From: Anaeromyxobacteraceae bacterium
Lineage (GTDB): Bacteria > Myxococcota > Myxococcia > Myxococcales > Anaeromyxobacteraceae
Direction: 5' to 3'
Assembly: GCA_032654565.1 (NCBI GenBank)
Contig: JAULAX010000015.1
Coordinates: 1,088,001 to 1,152,000 of the forward strand
Length of the DNA: 64,000 nucleotides
The translations under genes and the position numbers were made by a program. The notes under the pieces are model-generated. The model saw only the letters and a list, made by a program, of their open reading frames with translations, did no database searches and was not told the DNA's origin. Shown here one piece after another: positions 1 through 8,990 of this stretch; within the stretch, counting starts at the first letter, position 1, and the number at the start of each line of letters is the position of its first letter.

Positions 1-1968
1 CTGGTCGACGGCGGCGTCGGCGGCGCCGCCAGGGTGCCCATCCGCTTCGTGGTGCCCAAGGGGCGCGGGCCCGAGACCCGCTACGCCGCCGAGGTGACGC
101 CGCGCATCCTCGACGCCCTGGAGGCGGAGCTGGGCCGCCCCTACCCGTACGAGAAGTGCGACGTGGCGGTGGTGCCGCGCTTCGGGGGGACCATGGCGCA
201 CCCTGGCCTGGTGGCGCTGGGCCAGCCGCTCACCCTGATCCAGCCGGCCGAGGAGACCCGGGAGCGGCGCGAGGCCTACGCCAACCTCGCCATCCACCAG
301 CTGGCCCGCCACTGGTACGGCGCCCTGGTCACCCACTCCTGGTGGGACGAGCTCTGGCTCAACGAGTCCTTCGGCACCTGGGAGGACGCCAACGTCACCG
401 AGCGGCTCGAGCCGGCCTGGCGGGCCCTGGCCACGGCGCGCTGGGAGCGGCGCGGCGCCGGGCTGCAGGCCGACGCGCACCCCTCGGCCAGGCGGCTGCG
501 CCAGCCGGTCACCTCGCGCCACGACATCGAGGGCTCCTTCGACGACGGCATCACCCGCTTCAAGGGGGCCTCGCTGCTGTCCATGTACGAGGGCTTCCTC
601 GGCAAGGAGCGCTTCCGTCGGGCGGTGCAGTCGCACCTCGACGTCCGGGCCCACGGCGTGGCCTCCGGCGAGGACTTCCTGCTGGCGCTCTCGGCGGCGG
701 CCGGGCCGGACGTGGCCGTCTCCTTCAAGGGGTTCCTCGACCAGCCCGGGGTGCCGCTGCTCAAGCCCACCGTCACCTGCGCCAGGCGGGGCGCCCGGGT
801 GGCCTTCACCCAGGAGCGGTTCCTGGCCACCGGGCCGCGCGACCGGACCACCCGCTGGACGGTGCCGATCTGCGTCCGGGTCGGGGCCGGCGAGCGGCAG
901 GCGACGGTGTGCGGGCTGGTGGGCGGGCCGCGCGGCGAGCTGGCGCTCCCCTTCTGCCCCGACTGGCTCTGGCCCAACGCCGGCGGCACCGGCTACTTCC
1001 TCACCGCGCTGGCCCCCGCCGAGCTGTCGCGGGTGCTGCCGCACCTGACGCCGGCCGAGCGGCTGGCGTTCACCACCGACGCCGAGCTGCTGGCCCGGCG
1101 CGGCGACCTGCCCATGGCCGACGCCCTCGGGCTGGTGGCGCCGCTGGCCGCCGACGCCGACCGGCTGCTGGTGGAGGGCTCGATCCGGCTGGCCGGGATC
1201 ATGGAGCCGGGCCGGCTCGGCGACGCCGACCTGGCCCGCTGGCGCACCCTGGTGCGGCGCACCTGGGGCGAGCGGGCCCGCGCCCTGGGCTGGCTGCCGC
1301 GCCTCGACGACGACGACGAGACCCGCGCCCTGCGCCGCCAGCTGCTGCCGCTGGTGGCCGGCCCCGGCGAGGAGGCGGTGCTGGCCGGCGAGGCGCTGGC
1401 GCTGGTCCGCCGCTGGCTCTCCGACCGCCGCCAGGTCCCGCCCGAGGTGGGCTGGCCGGCGCTCCCGGTGGCCACCCGCCTCGCCGACCGGGCCCTCTTC
1501 GACAGGGTGGTGACCGAGGCGGGCCGGACCAGCGACCGGACCGAGCGGGGGCGGCTGCTGGCCTCGCTGGGGAGCATCCATGATCCGGCCCTGGCCCGCG
1601 AGGCGCTGGGGCTGGTCACCGCCCCCGGCGCCGACCCCCGCGACACCCTCCCCATCCTCCGCCGCATGCTGGTCAACCGGGCCAGCCGCGGGCTGGCCTG
1701 GAGCTTCCTCAAGGAGAAGTGGACCACCCTGGCGCCCCGGCTGGACGCCGACGAGGCCAGCTGGCTCATCTCCATCGCCGCCACCGTGGCCTGCGAGCCG
1801 GGCCGGCGGGGGGAGGTGGCGGGCTTCCTCCGGCCGCGCGCCGAGCCGTTCGACGGGGCGCCCCGGGCGCTGGCCTCGGCGCTGGACGAGGCCGCCGCCT
1901 GCGCCGCCGCCAGAACCCGACACCAGCGGTCGATCTCCGCCTTCCTCACCCGCGCCGCCATGCCTTGA
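1..1968 (+). CDS. M1-family aminopeptidase-like protein with ERAP1-like C-terminal domain (5'-truncated by window; catalytic motifs degenerate)
   Basis: PYPYEKCD, LVTHSWWDELWLNES and C-terminal helical repeats typical of M1; GAMEN reads GTMAH and HEXXH reads HQLAR; frame open from base 1. Confidence 0.85.
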   Translation: MVDGGVGGAARVPIRFVVPKGRGPETRYAAEVTPRILDALEAELGRPYPYEKCDVAVVPRFGGTMAHPGLVALGQPLTLIQPAEETRERREAYANLAIHQLARHWYGALVTHSWWDELWLNESFGTWEDANVTERLEPAWRALATARWERRGAGLQADAHPSARRLRQPVTSRHDIEGSFDDGITRFKGASLLSMYEGFLGKERFRRAVQSHLDVRAHGVASGEDFLLALSAAAGPDVAVSFKGFLDQPGVPLLKPTVTCARRGARVAFTQERFLATGPRDRTTRWTVPICVRVGAGERQATVCGLVGGPRGELALPFCPDWLWPNAGGTGYFLTALAPAELSRVLPHLTPAERLAFTTDAELLARRGDLPMADALGLVAPLAADADRLLVEGSIRLAGIMEPGRLGDADLARWRTLVRRTWGERARALGWLPRLDDDDETRALRRQLLPLVAGPGEEAVLAGEALALVRRWLSDRRQVPPEVGWPALPVATRLADRALFDRVVTEAGRTSDRTERGRLLASLGSIHDPALAREALGLVTAPGADPRDTLPILRRMLVNRASRGLAWSFLKEKWTTLAPRLDADEASWLISIAATVACEPGRRGEVAGFLRPRAEPFDGAPRALASALDEAAACAAARTRHQRSISAFLTRAAMP

Positions 1969-2001
1969 CCGGGTCGGCCGGCCCGGGCACTACTTGTCAC
2001 C

Positions 2002-2616
2002 ATGCCCGCCAACCTGACGGCCCTCGACGCCCTCGACCGGCTCCGGGCCGGAAACGTGCGCTTCGCCTCCAACGTCATCTCCATCGACTCGCTGGCCCGC
2101 CAGCTCGACCGGGCGGCGCTGAAGAAGACCCAGGCCCCGTTCGCCATCGTGCTCGGCTGCTCCGACTCGCGGGCCCCGGCCGAGCTGGTCTTCGAGCAGG
2201 GGCTGGGCGAGCTCTTCGTCATCCGGGTGGCCGGCAACGTGGTCTCGCCGTCGCAGGTCGGCTCGGTGGAGTTCGCCGCCGAGCGGTTCGGCTGCCGGCT
2301 GGTGGTGGTGATGGGCCACACCCAGTGCGGCGCCATCGACGCCACGCTGGAGGCGGTGGAGAAGGGCTCGCCCCCGGCCTCGGACAACGTCATGTCGATC
2401 GTCGAGCGGGTGCGGCCGGCGGTGGAGGCGGCCCGGCTGGGGGGCGGCGACCGCGAGACGGTGGCCCGCCTGGCCACCCGCATCAACGTGCAGATGGCGG
2501 TCCAGCACCTTCGCCACGGCACCCCGGCCATCGAGCGGCTGGTGACGCACGAGGGGATGATGGTGATCGGCGCCGAGTACGACCTCGAGTCGGGGCGCGT
2601 CGAGTTCATCGGCTGA
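2002..2616 (+). CDS. beta-class carbonic anhydrase
   Basis: CSDSR, RVAGN and GHTQCGA zinc-binding motifs. Confidence 0.95.
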   Translation: MPANLTALDALDRLRAGNVRFASNVISIDSLARQLDRAALKKTQAPFAIVLGCSDSRAPAELVFEQGLGELFVIRVAGNVVSPSQVGSVEFAAERFGCRLVVVMGHTQCGAIDATLEAVEKGSPPASDNVMSIVERVRPAVEAARLGGGDRETVARLATRINVQMAVQHLRHGTPAIERLVTHEGMMVIGAEYDLESGRVEFIG

Positions 2617-2625
2617 CGGGGCCGG

Positions 2626-4572
2626 ATGACCCTCAAGACCCTCTCGCTCACCGACGACGACCTGGTCCCGGAGGAGCCCGACCCGGCCCCGGCCTCGGTC
2701 CCGCCGCCGGCCCCGGTCCCGCCGCTGGCGCCGGGCGAGCTGCTCGACGGCCGCTACCGGATCTCCCGGCTCATCGCCGAGGGGGGCATGGGCGCGGTCT
2801 ACGAGGCCGAGGCGGTGCGCATCGGCCGCCCGGTGGCGGTCAAGGTGCTCCACCCCCGCTTCGCCGCCAGCCCGCTGGAGGTGGAGCGGTTCCGCCGCGA
2901 GGCGCGGACCGCGGTGCAGGTCTCCTCGCCGCACGTGGTGGAGATGCTCGACTTCGGCCAGGCGGCCGGCGGCGAGCTCTTCCTGGTGATGGAGCTGCTG
3001 CAGGGCGAGTCGCTGCACGACCGGATGGCCCGGGAGGGGTCGCTGCCGCCGCCGCTGGTGGCCGACCTGATGCGCCAGCTGCTGCGCGGCCTCTCGGCGG
3101 CCCACGCCGCCGGCATCACCCACCGCGACCTGAAGCCGGACAACCTCTGGCTGGTGCCGGAGGAGGGGCGCGACCGGCTCACCATCCTCGACTTCGGGAT
3201 CGCCAAGCAGGTCGGGGGGGTGCCGGGCGCCGCCGCCACCCAGGCCGGGCTGGTGGTGGGCACCCCGGAGTTCCTCTCGCCGGAGCAGGCGGTGGGCGGC
3301 GAGCTCGACCACCGCGCCGACCTCTACAGCGCCGGGCTGATCGCCTGGGTGCTGCTCACCGGCCGCCACCCCTTCCAGACCGCCGACGTCCGGGCCCTGC
3401 TCCGCTCGCAGGCCTTCGACCCGGTGCCGTCGCCGGAGCGCGAGGTGCCGGAGCTGGCCGCCTACCCGGCGCTGCTCCGCTTCGTGGCCCGGGCCACGGT
3501 GAAGGACCGGGCCGGGCGGGCCCAGTCGGCGGCCGAGCTGCTCTCCATCCTCGACGGGCGCGAGGGCGGCCGGTCCACGCCGCGCCACGCCCAGGAGGCG
3601 GCCCCGTCGCCCCCCCGGCGGCGCGGCTCGCGGCCGGTCAGCAGCCTCTTCTGGCCGGTCACCACCGGGCTGCCGCGGTCCCGCACCCGGACGCTGCTGG
3701 CGGCCGAGATCGACGGCTGGGCCGGGCGCGCCGCGGAGCTGGCGCCGCACCAGCAAGCCCAGCTGCTGCTGGCCCACGACCGGCTGGTGATTCCGGCGCT
3801 GCAGGCCTTCGAAGGGCGGCGGGCGCTGGTGGCCGGGGAGGCGCTGATCGCCGACTTCGCCTCGCCCACCAACGCCGTGCTCTGCGCCATGGCCATCCAG
3901 GACCGGGTGGCGGCCTGGAACGCCACCGCCGCGGCCGGCGACCAGCTGGCGCTGCGCCTGGCGCTCCACGCCGGCGAGCTGCCCGGCGGCGTGGTGGTGG
4001 CCGGGTCGGTCCCGGTGGCGCTGGTCGAGGCCACCCGGGAGCGGACGCCGGCCGGCGACATCTGGCTGACCCGCGCCGTGGCGCTGACCATGAACCAGAC
4101 CGAGGTGCCGCTCGAGCCGGTGGCCGACGCCGTGGCCATGCCGGGCGGCGAGGCCCAGGCGCTCTACCGGGTGCGCCCCTCGAGCGGGCCGCTCCCCTTC
4201 GGCGGGCGCGAGGCGGAGCGGGTGCCGCGCGACACCGGGGTGTCGCGGCTGCTGGAGCCGGTCTCCGACACCTTCGGCTCGCTGGAGGCGGGGGGCGAGC
4301 GGCGCTGGCGCGCCTCGCTGCGGGTGGCCGGGGCGCTCCTCTCCTTCCTCTCGCTGGCGGTGGCCGGGCTGGCGACGCTGGCCGTCACGGCGCTGGTGGC
4401 GGTGCTGGGGTGGCTCTGGGGGCGCGGCCGCGAGGCCCCCTGGGCCACCCGGGCCCGGGCCGGCGTGGCGCGCGGGCGTGGCTGGCTGGCGCGCCGCTGG
4501 ACGGTGAGCCGCACGGCGCTGGCCCGGCCGCTGGCCGCCCGCCCCAGGGCGGCGCCGGAAGCGGAAGGGTAG
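2626..4572 (+). CDS. Ser/Thr protein kinase fused to a degenerate class III nucleotide cyclase domain and TM segment
   Basis: GGMGAVY, VAVK, HRDLKPDN, DFG, GTPEFLSPE; C-terminal half parallels the neighbouring cyclase (SPTNAVLCAMAIQDR, LRLALHAGE). Confidence 0.9.
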   Translation: MTLKTLSLTDDDLVPEEPDPAPASVPPPAPVPPLAPGELLDGRYRISRLIAEGGMGAVYEAEAVRIGRPVAVKVLHPRFAASPLEVERFRREARTAVQVSSPHVVEMLDFGQAAGGELFLVMELLQGESLHDRMAREGSLPPPLVADLMRQLLRGLSAAHAAGITHRDLKPDNLWLVPEEGRDRLTILDFGIAKQVGGVPGAAATQAGLVVGTPEFLSPEQAVGGELDHRADLYSAGLIAWVLLTGRHPFQTADVRALLRSQAFDPVPSPEREVPELAAYPALLRFVARATVKDRAGRAQSAAELLSILDGREGGRSTPRHAQEAAPSPPRRRGSRPVSSLFWPVTTGLPRSRTRTLLAAEIDGWAGRAAELAPHQQAQLLLAHDRLVIPALQAFEGRRALVAGEALIADFASPTNAVLCAMAIQDRVAAWNATAAAGDQLALRLALHAGELPGGVVVAGSVPVALVEATRERTPAGDIWLTRAVALTMNQTEVPLEPVADAVAMPGGEAQALYRVRPSSGPLPFGGREAERVPRDTGVSRLLEPVSDTFGSLEAGGERRWRASLRVAGALLSFLSLAVAGLATLAVTALVAVLGWLWGRGREAPWATRARAGVARGRGWLARRWTVSRTALARPLAARPRAAPEAEG

Positions 4573-4581
4573 CCGGCCACC

Positions 4582-5778
4582 ATGAAGACCGAGAGCCGGG
4601 TGGTGATGCTCACCGACATGAAGGGCTTCACCGCCGCCACCAGCCGGCAGACGCGGGAGGAGAACGCCCGCATGCTCCGGCTGCACGACGCCCTGCTCTC
4701 GCCGGTGATCGCCGCCTTCGGCGGGCAGCGGGTCAAGAGCATCGGCGACGCCTACCTGGTGCTCTTCGCCGCCCCCACCGAGGCGCTGCTCTGCGCCGTG
4801 GCCATCCAGGACCGGCTCGCCGACCACGCCCACCGGGTGGTGGAGAGCGAGCGCATCGAGGTGCGCATCGCCCTGGCCCTCGGCGACGTGCGGCTCGACG
4901 GCGGCGACGTCTTCGGCGAGGCGGTCAACCTGGCCTCGCGCATCGAGGGCGAGGCCGAGTCGGGCGAGGTCTGGTTCTCCGAGTCGGTCTACTGGATGCT
5001 GGACCGGGCCCGCGTCCCCGTCGAGGAGATGGGCTGGCGGACGCTGCTGGGGCTGAAGGAGGAGGTGCGGCTGTTCCGGGTGGCCCGGGCCGCCACCGCG
5101 GGGCCGGCCGATCCGCCCTACGCCCACATCGGCCTCGGGCTTGTGGCGGGGCTGCCGCCGCCCATCCCGGAGAAGCTGCTGCGGACCCGGCCGCGGCGCC
5201 GCCCGGCGGCGCTGGGGAGCGGGGCGCTGGCCCGCCTCGGCGTGGCGGCGGTGCTGCTGCTGGTGGCCGGCGCGGCCGGCTGGTGGTTCTCGCTGCCGGC
5301 GGCCGAGCGCTGGACGCGGCTGGGGCGCTTCGAGGCGGCCCGGCAGGAGCTCGACCAGCTCACCGCCAGGCGCGGCGCCGACGACGGCGAGGTGCTCTAC
5401 CTGCGCGGGCTGCTCGAGCTGGCGCGGGCCGACGGCGCGGTGGGGGGCTCGCCGCGGGCCGCCTTCCACGACTGGAGCCGGGCGGTGGCCGCGGGCCACC
5501 CGGGGGCGCTGTCGGCGCTGGCCCGGCAGGGGCGCTCGCCGGAGTGCGCCCGGCGGCGGCTGGCGGCGCGGGCGCTGGGCGAGAGCCGCGCCATGGAGGC
5601 GCTCGACGCGCTCGAGGAGATGTCCAGCGCCGAGCCCCCGGCGCCGCCCCCGGAGGGGACGCTGGAGCGGCTGAAGCGGGCGGTGGCGGGCGACGGACGC
5701 TGCGGCGCCGGGGACCTGGCCCGCGAGGCGGCGGCCGCCATCGCCATCGCCACGGCGCGCCCGTCGCCGGGGCGCTGA
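4582..5778 (+). CDS. class III adenylate/guanylate cyclase with TM helix and C-terminal TPR/HEAT-like region
   Basis: TDMKGFT, KSIGDA, GDVFGEAVNLASRIE. Confidence 0.9.
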   Translation: MKTESRVVMLTDMKGFTAATSRQTREENARMLRLHDALLSPVIAAFGGQRVKSIGDAYLVLFAAPTEALLCAVAIQDRLADHAHRVVESERIEVRIALALGDVRLDGGDVFGEAVNLASRIEGEAESGEVWFSESVYWMLDRARVPVEEMGWRTLLGLKEEVRLFRVARAATAGPADPPYAHIGLGLVAGLPPPIPEKLLRTRPRRRPAALGSGALARLGVAAVLLLVAGAAGWWFSLPAAERWTRLGRFEAARQELDQLTARRGADDGEVLYLRGLLELARADGAVGGSPRAAFHDWSRAVAAGHPGALSALARQGRSPECARRRLAARALGESRAMEALDALEEMSSAEPPAPPPEGTLERLKRAVAGDGRCGAGDLAREAAAAIAIATARPSPGR

Positions 5779-5781
5779 GCT

Positions 5782-6594
5782 TCACCTTCCGTCGACGGCG
5801 GCGCCCGGCGGGTTGAGCCAGCCCACCTCGGCGGCGGTCACCGGCCCCACCCCCAGCTCGGCGACGCTCACCGGCAGCCGCCCCACCCCGGGGGCGAGCG
5901 GCAGCTCGCCGACCATCAGCTCGGCCAGCCGCTGCGGGAGGGGCGGGGACTGCCCGGGGTCGACCAGGCCGGCCGGGATCACGGCGTGGCCGAGGGCGTC
6001 GTACTTGTCGCTGGCCCCGAGGCAGTGGAAGACCTCGTGGAAGGCGGCGGCGGCGGCAAGCGTGGCGCCGAGGCCGTCGAAGCGGGCCCGGACCACCCCC
6101 AGCTCGCCGCCCTGCTCGCCGATCCCCTCGGCGAAGCGCGGCGCCGACTCCGAGGGCGAGACGGCCACCAGGTAGATGCGCACGTCCCAGGCGCCGGGGA
6201 GGAAGTCGGGGGCGGCGGCGTGGGCCGCGGCGGCGGCCCGCCAGAGGTCCCAGGCGTGGTGGGCCCGGTCGAGCAGCCCCGGGCCCGGCGGGGCCACCGG
6301 CGGCAGCCGGTCGACGGCCAGCGGACCGACCAGCTCCACGGTGAAGGTCTCGGCGGCGGCGGCCGGGAGGTAGCCGGCCCGCTCCGCGGCCAGGCGGCGG
6401 GCCAGGTCGTCGAGCGTGGACCGCAGCGTGGCCATGGCCGCCGGCGAGGCCTCCCCGAGCACCAGCACCGCCACGGTCACCGGCCGGTCCCAGGCGGTGC
6501 GGGCCCGGCGGGCCGAGCGGCGCCCCACCGCCCACATGACGGTCACCGCCAGCAGGACGAGGAGGATGGCGACGCGGGTGGTCTTGCTGGGCAT
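5782..6594 (-). CDS. membrane-anchored/secreted putative zincin metallopeptidase
   Basis: N-terminal hydrophobic helix; HEVFHCLGASDKY (HEXXH-type motif). Confidence 0.6.
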   Translation of the reverse strand: MPSKTTRVAILLVLLAVTVMWAVGRRSARRARTAWDRPVTVAVLVLGEASPAAMATLRSTLDDLARRLAAERAGYLPAAAAETFTVELVGPLAVDRLPPVAPPGPGLLDRAHHAWDLWRAAAAAHAAAPDFLPGAWDVRIYLVAVSPSESAPRFAEGIGEQGGELGVVRARFDGLGATLAAAAAFHEVFHCLGASDKYDALGHAVIPAGLVDPGQSPPLPQRLAELMVGELPLAPGVGRLPVSVAELGVGPVTAAEVGWLNPPGAAVDGR

Positions 6595-6636
6595 GGCGGC
6601 GGCGAGGCGGTGGGCGCGGGGCGGGCGGGGGCGGGC

Positions 6637-7125
6637 TCAGGCGGCGGCGCCTGGCGGCGGGCCGGCGACGTGCTCGTGGGGCTCGTGGGGCGGGCCGAAG
6701 CGCAGGTTCCGGATGGCCATGAAGACCTCGCGCAGGTAGCAGAGCAGCGCCACCACGTAGGCCCCCACCGCCAGGATGAAGAGCACCGCCAGGGCGACGC
6801 CGACGTGGGCGTCGACCAGGTAGCCGACGAAGGCCACCGCGATCACCAGGCAGACCATGATGGCGCAGCCGGTGCCAAAGGTGAGGGCCAGGTGGATCAG
6901 GCTGGCCCGGGCGTGGAGCACTCCCAGCTCGGCGCGGGTCGACTCGACGCGGGCCGGGGCGGCCACCGCCAGCAGCCCCTCCACCCGGCGGGCCCGGTCG
7001 ACGATGCGGGCCAGCCGCTGCGAGAAGACCGAGAGGGTGGTGCTGACCGCGGTGAGCAGGAAGACCGGGGCCACCGCCAGCTGGATGGTGTGGGTGATGT
7101 CCTGGAGGTCGGGCTGGGTGGGCAT
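6637..7125 (-). CDS. DUF2721-family membrane protein
   Basis: IQLAVAPVFLL...RLARIVDRAR; three hydrophobic helices. Confidence 0.8.
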   Translation of the reverse strand: MPTQPDLQDITHTIQLAVAPVFLLTAVSTTLSVFSQRLARIVDRARRVEGLLAVAAPARVESTRAELGVLHARASLIHLALTFGTGCAIMVCLVIAVAFVGYLVDAHVGVALAVLFILAVGAYVVALLCYLREVFMAIRNLRFGPPHEPHEHVAGPPPGAAA

Positions 7126-7181
7126 GATTCGAGTATATTCCCGCCCCTTCGGAATACCCCAGCCCGGGAGCGCCGTCCGCC

Positions 7182-8846
<1,665 letters not shown>

Positions 8847-8873
8847 TGCGAGGAGGTCGAAGGGTGTAGCCCA

Positions 8874-8984
8874 ATCGCAAGGCCCAGCTTGCTGGGCCGC
8901 GCAGGCACTTATCGCAAGCCGCAGCTTGCTGCGGCGCGCAGGCTTTTATTGCAAGGCGCAGAAAGCTGCGCCGCGCAGTTCTTG
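8874..8984. repeat. three tandem 37-bp units each with an internal hairpin (REP/BIME-like)
   Basis: units start at 8874, 8911, 8948: ATYGCAA-[stem-loop]-GCGCAG; stems GGCCCAGC/GCTGGGCC, GCCGCAGC/GCTGCGGC, GGCGCAG/CTGCGCC. Confidence 0.85.
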
Positions 8985-8990
8985 ACCGCA

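Noticed and set aside
2002..5778. Carbonic anhydrase feeding a bicarbonate-activated cyclase
   Set aside because: The cyclase has Asp (GDVFG) rather than the Thr typical of bicarbonate-sensitive class IIIb enzymes; adjacency is the only support
1719..5816. Very long alternative-frame ORFs (e.g. 1719-5816, 8889-11759, 51239-55714)
   Set aside because: Arg/Gly/Pro-rich or antisense shadows of real genes, expected at this GC content; no motifs
8874..8984. CRISPR mini-array interpretation of the 37-bp units
   Set aside because: The variable part is itself the palindrome, there are no unique spacers of typical length, and no cas genes are in the window
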